Source of the DNA: Octopus vulgaris | Taxonomy: Eukaryota | Length of the DNA stretch: 64,000 nucleotides | Reading direction: 5' to 3' | Assembly (NCBI GenBank): GCA_951406725.2 | Contig: OX597829.1 | Location: 38,440,001-38,504,000 of the forward strand | Shown here: one piece after another, positions 52,614 through 64,000 of the stretch | Layout: each line of letters opens with the position of its first letter | How positions within the stretch are numbered: the first letter of the stretch is position 1 | Notes under the pieces: model-generated | Database searches by the model: none | Seen by the model: only the letters and a program-made list of their open reading frames with translations | Told to the model about the DNA's origin: nothing | Position numbers and translations under genes: made by a program

Positions 52614-54871
52614 GGCAGAATCGTTAGAACACCGGGCGAAATGCGTAGCCGTATTTCATCTGCCGTTACATTCTGAGTTCAAATTCCACCTAGGTCTACT
52701 TTGCCTTTCATCCTTTCGGGGTCGATAAATTAAGTAGCAGTTATGCACTGGGGTCGATGTAATCGACTTAATCCGTTTGTCCCCTCTATGTTTAGCCCCT
52801 TGTGGGCAGTAAAGAAACAGATATATATAATACACGCACACACACACACACATATATATATATATTTATAAATATGTATGGAACACATGGAAGTGGGAGG
52901 CCCAGGAAGACATGGGATGAAGTACTGAATCACGACCTCAGGATGCTGAATCTTTCAGGCAAGATGACAAAATACTGAGATACCTGACACCATGTTGTAC
53001 TCAGGAAGACCCGCACTCTGCAGCAGAAGTGTTAAGACTGGTCCCTTTGGTTGTGTAAAGCACTCATGGTGGTACTATTTAAAAACATTCAGCACACTCT
53101 GCTGTGTGGTTGGTTTTAGAAAGGGCATCCAGCCATAGGAACCATACCAAAATCAGACTGGAATCTGGTGCAGTTCCCCCCCATTTGCCAGCTCTGGTCA
53201 AACTGCCCAACACGGACAACAGACGTTAAACAATGTTGTTGTTGATGATGATGATGATGATGATGATGATAACGACGACGACGTATGTGTATATGGAGAA
53301 TAGACTAAACGGAACAAGAGGAGACAAGTGGCATGGAAGAGTCGTTGAAGAGGTCACAGGTGTGTGACAAAAAGATTTCTAGACAATGGGCATAAGATAA
53401 AATAAGAACAATAATAAACGAGTGAAGAAGGAATATATAGTGCGTGTGTTCATTCGGCATAAAAAGAAAAACACAAAAATATATAACGTCGTGTGTGTGT
53501 GTATGTATATATATATATATATATATAAACAGACGCATGTACATAAATACATCCATCTATTCATATGCCTTTTTTTGCCCGTTTGGGTTACAGTTGAAGC
53601 AACAACTTCAATATAGTCAACGACGTCAATAACAATATCAACAACAACAAATACAATTCCATTCGCCTTACCAAACTCTTTTTAATTCTTATTTAAAAAA
53701 TTATGGTTGCTTTTGTTATTTACTCCCACCACCGGCTACAGCACCCAACAAAGCTAAAAAAAGAAACCTCTATCGATCGGTTGACTTGCTAGAAACACCA
53801 GCCAAATCTTCTACAAATTTTACCGTATTGTCTCAGGAAAAAAAAAAAGTCGGGAAGGACACATTGGAGAATACAGTTTTAGTCATATTTTTTTCAAATT
53901 AGGCAGTTTGGTCATGGCTGGAATGCTTTTCATCATGTCTGCTCAATCAGGAGTGACCTGGGGTTAAATAACAACAACTACTATTACTACTACTACTACT
54001 ACTACTACACGACTATTACTACTATTGCCACTACTATTCTATCATTACTGCTGCAGTTACTTACGAGTAAATAATGCAACTATTTACTACTGCTACTACT
54101 ACTACTGCTGCTGCTGCTGCTGTTGCTGCTACTGCAGTTATTTAAACCAGTAATAGCAAGTACTAATACAGTACCAACAAAGAGGCAACTTCTACGTGTT
54201 CGGTGGACTTGTTCGAAGTAGCAGTCAAACCCCCACCACCTCGAAATCACTTACTAATGTCTAAACGAAAAAAAGAAATAGAAAAGCAAGGACATATTGG
54301 ACAATATAATCTTCGTTATTACAGAAAAACGGGTGAAGCTTTGCTGACACCTCGACCAGGGCTGACCTGGGGGGGTTAAACAACAATTGCTATTATTATT
54401 ACTACTACTGCGACGGCTGCTATTAATACATCAGCGTATAAGAGATTTTACTTCAGAAGCGACTGCGACAACAGAACGACTCCACCACATAGCTTTACCG
54501 TACTATAACTCCTACTATAGCAGCTACTACTACTGCTACTATTACAGGAACTACTATTTGACAGCACTATTTTACCGAAACAGTAAATTGTTTTACTTGT
54601 GAATATTTCCTTGGCTTGATACATTTCGACATATTCACTCATACGTTTATTGCACGCATTCATACGTTGGTGTACGACCCTATCACAAACCACTCTTATT
54701 TGCTGTACTCTTTTGTTTACATTACTCAAACAAACAAACAAAAAAAAGATAAAGAACAGCCAAATAAAATAACATTTCACAGACATATACATACTTGTGC
54801 ACACTTAAACCATTACTCAGTCACTATTGTAAACGCATACATGCTGACAGTTCCGCAGACATACAGCTGTC

Positions 54872-54879
54872 TATAAATA
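54872..54879 (+). promoter_or_regulatory. Possible TATA box upstream of the AC9-like gene
   Basis: TATAAATA inside a repeat-poor, CpG-retaining stretch about 1.3 kb upstream of the ATG; motif and position only. Confidence 0.2.
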
Positions 54880-55623
54880 CTCGCTCGCACCTGAATGTCG
54901 TGTGTCGCCGTCAGCCTGCTTGGAATATATTCCGCTCGTGTTGATTAAGTAAATAAGTGCTGAGTACTTGGCTTTCTTTTTAATGGGGAAAGAGGATACT
55001 GGACTAAAAACCTACATAAGTAAGGCTTCATTTCTTTTTCACTAAATCTTTTGTCACATGGAATTATACCGTCACATGTATTAAGTAATTTATTTGAAAA
55101 CTACCACAGAAAATAAAAAAAGCCCATCCCAGCCGGGCGACGCGGAAGATAAAAGAAGCTGCACACACACACACACACACACAAAAAGCAATTAAAAAAA
55201 GGAAAACAAAAAAGAGCATAAAGCTAAGAAGGATACAAAAACGAAAACAATAACAGTAATATTAATTGCCAAAGTGGACATAATTGATGCACCAGAAATC
55301 TGAAGAAATTATCAACGACGAAGAGTGAAGACAGCAACAATAAAATAACTATTTATTATATTCACAACACTTACAGCTACTACTACATGCTAATCGGGTG
55401 GGTTTAATCTGTTTCACGGACTATACATATACATACACACTGTTTATTTAGGACTGTGTATTTATTTGTAATTGGTTATATATTATATATATATATATAA
55501 CCAATTATATATTGGTTATAGATATATATATATATATTTATATAATTTGTCATTTCTCTACTAATTATCTTTATAATTATATTGCTGATTCCCCCTTAAT
55601 TGCAAAACGCACCATTGCACAAG

Positions 55624-55726
55624 GTACGTAACTCTTGTCATAAATAATTCTCCCTTTTATTTACCACTTCTTTCTTTTCCCCTCTCTCTCCTTTTCTCTA
55701 TCTCTTTCTCTCACATATTTTCACAG
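55624..55726 (+). other. Candidate short 5'-UTR intron / splice acceptor upstream of the AC9 coding exon
   Basis: AAG|GTACGT donor-like site at 55624; long polypyrimidine tract ending TTTTCACAG| at 55726. The acceptor is well supported; its donor partner is uncertain. Confidence 0.5.
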
Positions 55727-56172
55727 ACACTCTTCTACTTTAGTTATTACTTTTCAAACCGAAACCGGTGATCGAAGAATAATCCTTCCCCCGCCGCCAC
55801 CCCCAGACTCAATATTACGTCTTTGTATACAAGTTAAACCGTGCTAATTCACTTTTGGCAACTTGTATTCATTTGTAATTGCAATTGTCACAGAACTGTC
55901 ACGCACTTCTTGCAAACAAAAAAAAAAACAACAAAAAACAACATTCTACGGAAGGAAAAAAAAAAACTAAACAAAACAAACGGAAACCAATACGATAGCA
56001 CTCAACATTTATATCTACTTAACTAGTTCCACTGTTATAGTTTAATTCTACTACTAGTGGGTAGAGTTTCCAGTGTTGTTGTTGTTCTGTGCACGCATGT
56101 GTGCATATATGTATGTCTGTGCGTGTACCAGCAGCGCGTGTTCCCTCTATATGTATGTAGCTTAATTTCAAA

Positions 56173-57679
56173 ATGGCGAACTGTGAAGATAACAGTGGCA
56201 GTGGTGGTGCAGCTGATGATAGTACCATTGTTAATGATAGCCAAAATTTGAGCATTGTCCCTGCTAACGATGGTATTAACTCTGCTAAGGACACTCAATC
56301 GGGTTCAGTCGATGCCCATTATGATGCAAGCAACGCACCTGATTCTGTTGACGTTGAAATTAGTTCTCCAGCCAAAAACCGCTACAAGAAAAAGGTGACT
56401 GGGAGGTTAACGGCTCTTAAAAACTATAAGGAAATCTGGTTTGACCCTCCCAAAAACCAATCGCAGTTTTTGCACGAGAAATGCCTTGACAGCTATTTCC
56501 CTTTGTTGACTAGAAGATTCCGATGCGCTATCGGTTTTATTATTCTTGGTACAATACTATGGAGTATTTACTGTGGTGTTAGCATTGAAAAGTTAGAATG
56601 GTATTTTTCATTCGTTGTGGTCCTTTTGTTTTTCATCGAACTTGCTTGTCTAGGATTCACTTTTACTTTGTTTTATCGGAAGTTCCATATTATTCCATCC
56701 CTGATCATGGGTCCTGGAACATGCATTGTTATTTTGGTTGTCTACGCCTGCCTTCACGATCCAAACTACGAAGTGTCAGCATTTGCCACTTCAGTGACCA
56801 TCATAATTTTAATGTACACCACACTACCCCTGCCTCTAACGTTGGTATTTATTGTGGGACTTATTCAGTCGATTGCTTTGGAAATCTTAAATGTTTTTGT
56901 GTCCCCGGCCTCAGCTATTGATAACGTAATAGTTGGCAGGATCATGTTGCATATATGTCTACATTCACTCGGTGTTTACCTATTCATTATTTTGCAAGTT
57001 AGACGATACAGTCTTTTCCAAAAAATGCAACAATCTACCCGAAACAAACGTATCCAAGAAGAAGACAAAAAAATCATAGAACGTATGCTGCATTCACTCA
57101 TGCCACCGGCTGTCGCGAAAAATGTAATTGACAAGCAAGCTCCTTCTGCGCAAGGAGTTATAACTTTCCGACCCTTTCAGATAGACAAAATAGACCATGT
57201 TAGTATCCTGTTCGCTGATATTGTCGGTTTTACTAAGATGAGTTCCAACAAAACCGCCAAACACTTAGTGGATCTGTTGAGTGATTTATTCGGTCGGTTT
57301 GACAAACTTTGTGAAGCTTTAGGATGTGAAAAGATAAGTACGTTAGGCGACTGTTATTATTGTGTATCTGGATGCCCTGAAGCTAACAAAGATCATGCCA
57401 AGTGCTGTGTGGAAATGGGTCTACGTATGATTGAAGCAATACAAGAATTCGACAAAGAAAACAACGAACAAGTTAATATGAGGGTCGGTGTCCACACTGG
57501 GACAGTACTTTGCGGAATTGTAGGATCAAAACAATTTAAATTCGATGTATGGTCAAATGATGTGACACTGGCAAATATCATGGAGGCAACCGGAAAGCCT
57601 GGACGTGTTCATATTTCTAAAACCTCTTATGAGTACCTTGAAGATGAGTATGAAGTTGAAGAAGGGGAAGATTGTGAAG
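56173..57679 (+). CDS. ADCY9: Adenylate cyclase type 9-like, first coding exon (N-terminus, M1 six-TM cluster, C1a catalytic domain); gene continues beyond the window
   Basis: 515-aa ORF with strong start context (tcaaaATGG), about six hydrophobic segments, and class III cyclase motifs VSILFADIVGFTKMSS, CEKISTLGDCYYCVSGCP, VNMRVGVHTGTVLCG and FKFDVWSNDVTLANIME..GRVHIS. WFDP..YFP..RRFR and FRPF match recalled AC9-subtype sequence. Splice donor GAAG|GTAAGA at 57679/57680 (phase 1). Confidence 0.93.
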
Positions 57680-59134
57680 GTAAGATTTCAAATATTAATA
57701 TTTTCTACATGTGTGTTTAAAACCATTTTCCTCTCCTATTTTTTTTTTTTTATTGTTATTCTGGTGCGTATCCAGATGTTTTACATTTTCATTATATTTT
57801 CGATGGATTGTTTTTCTACAACTGGTCACAAAACCTCACAGAACTAATTATTTAAATGTGCATTATGAACGAAATCTGTTTTATTAGAAAGATACAGAGA
57901 ATGACAAATAGCATACCCAGCAACACAATCAATGGATAAAGAAACAGTAGGAGATATAGTAAAGTTTGAACTTATTACAAGATTTGTAGTTTAGAACATT
58001 GGTTTTGATTCCAATATGACTACCTTGGTGTATTTTCGTGGGCATGCTTGTGTGAGTGCACGAGTAATATAATTTTAGATATGGGGAAGCCCTATTGAAA
58101 GCTCTTTTTCATAGGCTCAGATGATATGGATGAGCTCTCTGTAGGGCCTCTCACTGTCAAAATGAATGATACATGCTACATAAGTATACTGAGTCTCCAT
58201 TGAAACTGTGGTGTTTCCAGATTTACACTGGGTGTTATTACACATGCACACACACGTGTGTAACAAAGTGCCTGCTTAGGTCAAACCTGACCATTGGTTT
58301 CTGTACCTCAAAAATTCCTTTCCAAGATTCCTGCCAGGTCGAGGTTTTTGTGGAGACGAGGACTCTGCCTACCAAGGCAAAGATAAAGGTTGACAAAACT
58401 TGGAAGCACTGTCGTTGCAGGTGTTATCAGAACGCAAAATTTTGGAACAGATAAAGCAAGGCACCTCATCCAATTCACTATCAATTTAGCAAATCTACTT
58501 CTCTAGATTTGACACTTGTTTTATCAAGAATGAGGGACAAAGTTTTGCCTTGGAGTAATTTGAACACGGTGTAGAGAATTAGAAATAATTATACCATCAA
58601 GCAGTTTATTCTTGCTCTAGCAAATTTGCCAATTTGTTGCCTTAGATACACGCAAGTTTGCATCTGTTGTATTTATTGTACAATACATATCACTAAAGTT
58701 TCTGTTATTCAAGGCCAACCCTGCATCTTTGAGCAAGAATTTTTTTCAAGAAACACTGGCTGCTACTCATGTTTGAATGCCTCTCTCTCCAGCACATAAC
58801 TGATGCATTATGCAAGGGAGGGGCTGTTGACTTGGACCAGTACATATCGATGCCTGTGTCATCACAGGTGTCGATTTCAGAGAACAAGCAGCTGCAACTG
58901 AACTGTGAGGTGTCTTACCTGATCCTCTAACAGATCCAATATTCCAACATTTGGATTGGTTTAGAAGTATAAATTCCGAAAGGATAAAAAATGAAATGAG
59001 TTTCAGAAATATTTCAGCTCAGTGTGCAGAAATTTCACTTAAATACATATAAAAATGTGTAAATATGCACACACACACACACACATACACATTCTGTGTG
59101 CATATTTGTATGTATATATACACAAATGTGTATG

Positions 59135-59168
<34 letters not shown>

Positions 59169-59226
59169 TCTACATATATGTATATTTATAAGCATTTATG
59201 TGTGTATATATCTATATGCATGCATT

Positions 59227-59265
<39 letters not shown>

Positions 59266-59270
<5 letters not shown>

Positions 59271-59389
59271 GTTACAATTACTCAATAGTCAAGATAAAAC
59301 TCTGAACCGAAGAGATGGTGTTGTGGATTTCCACTTCGGCATCTGAAACTCAGAGTTTTATCTTGACTATTGAGTAATTGTAACATATT
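59266..59389. repeat. Perfect 40-bp inverted repeat enclosing a hammerhead-like core (fold-back fragment) in the AC9 intron
   Basis: 59266-59305 is the exact reverse complement of 59350-59389; spacer region reads CCGAAGAGATG...CATCTGAAACTCAGAGTT. Confidence 0.8.
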
Positions 59390-59453
59390 ATTTTATAGCT
59401 AAATTTCCTCTATTTACATAATATTGAGGTCTCTTTCTTTTGTTATCTTACCG

Positions 59454-59497
<44 letters not shown>

Positions 59498-60630
59498 TGC
59501 ATACACACAAATCTCTACAAATATGCTTATACATATATATAGATTTGTACATGATACATGTATCCATATATATCTATCTTATGTATGTATGTATATATAT
59601 ATACATATAGATAAAATGAAGACTGAAGTTGCGTGACTTGGGGGTTACAGCATCGGGCTTACAATCATGAGGTAGTGAGTTCGAATCCCAGACCAGGCTG
59701 CATGTTGTATTCTTGAGCAAGATACTTTATTTCATGTTGCTTCAGTTCACTCAGCTGTAGAAATAAGTTGCGACGTCACAGGTGCCAAGCTGTGTCAGCC
59801 CCTTTTGCCTTTCCCTTGGTTAACACTGGTGGCGTGGAGAGGGGAGGCCGGTATGCATGGACGACTGCGGGTCTTCCTTAAACAATTTGCTCATGCAAAT
59901 GTAGACAATGTTTGTGCATATATATAATTGTATGTATATGTACAGATGTATAAACATCTATAGATATGCATGTATCTAAATGTATTTTTTGATATACATA
60001 TGAATGTTTCAATGTGTGTATGTGTACATATGAACATATGTATATGCATTTGTCTATACATGTAGATAAGTTTGTGTGTGTGTGTATGTATATATATATA
60101 CACACACACATATATATATTTGTATATGTATATCTTCATTTAACATTTGTTTACTATTCTTGGTTGGGTTGTGTATATATGTGCATATATGTATGCATAT
60201 GAATATATATATATGCATAGCTATGCTTATATATATTATATTTGTGTATAGGTGTGTGCAAGTGGATGCATGCATGTATACATCTATGTACATGCATGTT
60301 TTATATACAGATGTGTGTAAATAAGTGCATGTATGTATATGTGTAAGGATGGATTTGGTGTATACCTGTACATATGTCTATTGATATATGCATATATGAA
60401 TGCATACCTTCATGTATGTATATATATATATATATATGTGTGTGTGTACATGTTTTAGTGTGTGTGTGTGTGTGTTGCTATGTGCATGTGCCCATGTGCA
60501 TAGACAACTGTGTATATCTAAATGAATTTCTTCATATGTATCTTTTCAATGTGTGTATATGTGTACAGGTGTGTATACATTTGTCTATATTTGTAGATAA
60601 GTGTGTATGTATATATATATATATATATAA

Positions 60631-60664
<34 letters not shown>

Positions 60665-61052
60665 ATTTATATAGGTATATAGATCTGTATCTATGTATTA
60701 TTAGTAAACATCTGTTTATCTATGCTTGCTTGGGTTATGCATGCATGCATGTATGTATGTATGCATATGAATATATATACACGTACATCCATGGATATGT
60801 GTGTGTCCGTGTGTAAACATTTAATCCATATTCATTCATCGCATGAAATATATTTTGTTGGACTGACAATTATGGATGAAATGTTTACCCAAATCTTTGA
60901 CAGCTTCTGTGAACTTCTCAGCCTTTCAAATATATATTTATATAAATTAAATATAAGGATAAAATCTATATAAGATTTTATCAAGTAGCCAGCGTGTAAA
61001 ACCAGTTAAGGTAAAAAATTAATACTAAGTATATAAATTTTGAAAATACATT

Positions 61053-61176
61053 ATTACATTAAGGGCTTGTTACTATAAGTAAAGCCACATGCTGTGTATA
61101 TTTTGATCAAGCAGTTTGATTTTAGCGTCCCTTTCCAGCGTCTGGCTTTACTTATAGTAACAGCCCTTAATGTAAT
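61053..61176. repeat. ~42-bp inverted repeat hairpin in the AC9 intron
   Basis: attacattaagggcttgttactataagtaaagccacatgctg ... cagcgtctggctttacttatagtaacagcccttaatgtaat. Confidence 0.75.
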
Positions 61177-62020
61177 TATATATATATATACGCACACATG
61201 TATATAGTCGTGTATGTATATATATGTTTGTGTGCATGCAAGTATACATAAGCAGTTTCTCCAAGGAGGTTTAAAGATGATACCCAGTTTTAATCCAGTT
61301 TTGAAATTTCATCTGCAACTATTTTTGGCTGATCCCTGTTCATGGAGCTTATGCTGCATACAAAGACAAACTTGTTTACATCACTCTATTACAGTATATA
61401 TACATATATATACACACTGCACTAATTGTAGCATTGAAAGTAGTCCCTACCCACAAGAATCATGTGTCTATGTGTAATATCTATGCACGTATGATTATGT
61501 AAGACCACTGTAAGCACATACACACACACATGCATATATATATATATATATAGATAGTATTTCTTTGTGTGTATCTGTATTGAGGTTTGTATGTTAAGCA
61601 ACATGTTTATGCTGTGTGTATGGTTGGCACAGATATGATTTAAAATAACAGAGTGTCTAGATCAGAAAATAACATAAGAAATATTTGTCTATTGGTACTC
61701 TTGTTGCCGGTTTACACATCTGTGTGGGTGTGAGTGTGTGTGTACATAGACACGCATGTCACATAAGGTAGTAAGTAGATAAAAAAAAAAAAACGGTGTC
61801 TCAAAAGTTATGAGACCTATCTATATGACCTATCACCAGAAGGAATATAGATATATTGAATGTCATCTTGATACTAATTACTCCAATGGAGTTACTCCTA
61901 CTGAAGTCAAATGCTTTGGTAACTATGTAGGCTTCTTTTTCCTTCACCCCAGCATATACTCCCAGCATTCTTTTGACTGAGACTCAAAACGATCTAACAG
62001 TCTAAAAGAAATAGCAGTCA

Positions 62021-62201
62021 AATAGGCGTAGGAGTGGCTGTGTGGTAAGTAGCTTGCTTACCAACCACATGGTTCCAGGTTCAGTCCCACTGTGTGGCAC
62101 CTTGGGCAAGTGTCTTCTACTATAGCCTTGGGCCGACCAGAGCCTTGAGAGTGGATTTGGTAGACGGAAACTGAAAGAAGCCCATCGTATATATATATAT
62201 G

Positions 62202-62233
<32 letters not shown>

Positions 62234-62435
62234 GTGTGCATATGCTTGTCTGTGTTTGTCTCCCCAACATCGCCTGATAACCGATGCTGGTGTGTTTACG
62301 GCCCCGTAACTTAGCTGTTCGGCATAAGAGACCGATAGAATAAGTACTAGGTTTCTAAAGAATAAGTCCTGGGGTCGATTTGCTCCAGCATGGCCACAGT
62401 CAAATGACTGAAACAAATAAAAGAGTAAAGAGTAA
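62021..62435 (+). mobile_element. SINE family A (AC9 intron)
   Basis: Near full-length similarity to family consensus. Confidence 0.9.
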
Positions 62436-62474
62436 ATCACCTGTAAATCATATTGTGCCATTAAAATGCACAAA

Positions 62475-63069
62475 AACTGGCTCTGGTTATGTAGTACAAA
62501 TGTCTTGTTTCCATAAGTTTTGAATTAAAATCTTCCACCAAGCCTTAGTCACAATTTATGTTCCTAACACTAGCTTAATGGTAACTGAGTTATTTTACTA
62601 AATTCTTTGTTATACTTTCTTTTACTTGTTTCAGTCATTTGACTGTGGCCATGCTGGAGCACCACCCTTAGTTGAGCAAATCGCCCCCTGTCTTATTCGT
62701 TGTGAGCCTAGTACTTATTCTATCGGTCTCTTTTGCCGAACCTCTAAGATACGGAGACGTAAACACACCAGCATCGGTTGTCAAGCGATGTTGGGGGGAC
62801 AAACACAGACACAAACACACACACATATATATATATGCATATATACGATGGGCTTCTTTCAGTTTCCGTCTATCAAATCCACACACAAGGATTTGGTTGG
62901 CCCGAGGCTATAGTAGAAGACACTTGCCCAAGGTGCGCCGCAGTGGGACTGAACCTGGAACCATTTGGTTGGTAAGCAAGCTACTTACCACACAGCCACA
63001 CCTGCGCGTATATTTAAAGTAATTGAAAGAAACACAGAACATCTCAATAGAAATACAGTAACAAAAGGG
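62475..63069. mobile_element. Second, inverted copy of the piggyBac-type MITE, split by a family A SINE
   Basis: Reverse-complement similarity to 29772-29993 on both sides of 62615-63008; ends AAAAGGG|TTAA. Confidence 0.7.
62615..63008 (-). mobile_element. SINE family A (AC9 intron)
   Basis: Full-length similarity to family consensus. Confidence 0.9.
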
Positions 63070-64000
63070 TTAAATGATGTAGTTCTAAATAGGTAATTCC
63101 ACAAAGGATAGTCATGGCTTGAAAGTTTGTATCATCATTTGTAAAGTTTGGCTTTTCACAAATTTTTCACTTGAATATTTCAACTATACCCATAAATGTG
63201 TGCGGACAGCCATAGAAGCAAAATCTATTTAACAGAGTCTCTTCCTCAGTTTTCTTTTCTCTGTGGGGGTTGTTTTAGGTCCCATCATCATCATTTAACA
63301 TCCGTTTTCCATGCTAGCATGGGTTGGATGGTTCGACCAGGGTCTGGTAAGCCATGGAAGCTGCACCAGGCTCCAGTCTGATGCCCTTCCTAATGCCAAC
63401 CACTCTGTGAGTGTAGTGGGTGTTTTTTACGTGCCACCGGCACAACCAAAACATTTTTGTCTTCAGTCTTTATTGCCTGATTTAACTCTTTTCAAGCCAT
63501 ATTCTTTTTTTTTTTTTAATTCACCATTTATCTGCTTTAATTAATGTTGAAAATAATGTTCTTGGAAGCATTTAGTGAAAAATAACTAATTAGGCTCTTT
63601 GATAGAACCAATCTTAACACTAGGTTCTAACATAAATTAATAATGGAAGATTTTAATATAGAATTCAAATATTTTGAAATTTAAGGTTTTGTATCAGTAG
63701 TCTATAAATGCTCTCAGGCAGATTGGTCTCACTACCTAGCCTCTTCAAGCAGGACAGGAGAGCCCTTTTGCAAGCATTTTGTCATGGTCTCCAAATTCAA
63801 CAAGCTATTAGTTGTAGCTTCTTCCTTGCTTTTCCCCTCTACTGTCAGTTTTAGAAACCAGGCAGGAATGTCGGGCCTCTCACTAAATCACAAACTGATG
63901 TCTTCTACTATAGCCTCGGGCCAACGAAAGCCTTGTGAGTGGATTTGGTAGACGGAAACTGAAAGAAGCCCGTCGTATATATGTGTGTGTGTGTATATAT

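Noticed and set aside
57721-64000. Search for the next AC9 exon (C1b/M2)
   Set aside because: No ORF with cyclase similarity or convincing splice context found; treated as intron.

Overview
AT-rich eukaryotic (animal) genomic DNA dense in microsatellites and transposons. The repeat landscape resembles coleoid cephalopod (octopus-type) genomes; this is an inference from recalled repeat families, not a search result. One clear host gene is present: the large first coding exon of an adenylate cyclase type 9-like gene (+, 56173-57679). It encodes the N-terminus, the first six-helix transmembrane block and the catalytic C1a domain, and the following intron runs past the window end. The rest is intergenic or intronic: dozens of SINE copies from about four families; fragments of RTE, R4/Dong-like and L1/Tx1 LINEs; decayed Tc1, mariner, hAT and pogo-type elements; piggyBac-type MITEs; and many simple repeats. 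Nearly all short ORFs in the supplied track are repeat artefacts. The most interesting unexplained signal is a set of small noncoding elements sitting in (TA)n tracts that carry minimal hammerhead-ribozyme motifs and fold-back (inverted) duplications, as in Penelope pLTRs and retrozymes. The best case is a ~760-bp near-perfect palindrome at 5242-5999. It is built from two ~356-360-nt terminally redundant monomers, each with a hammerhead whose core has a compensatory U3:A8 pair. Many repeat boundaries were read by eye and are approximate.
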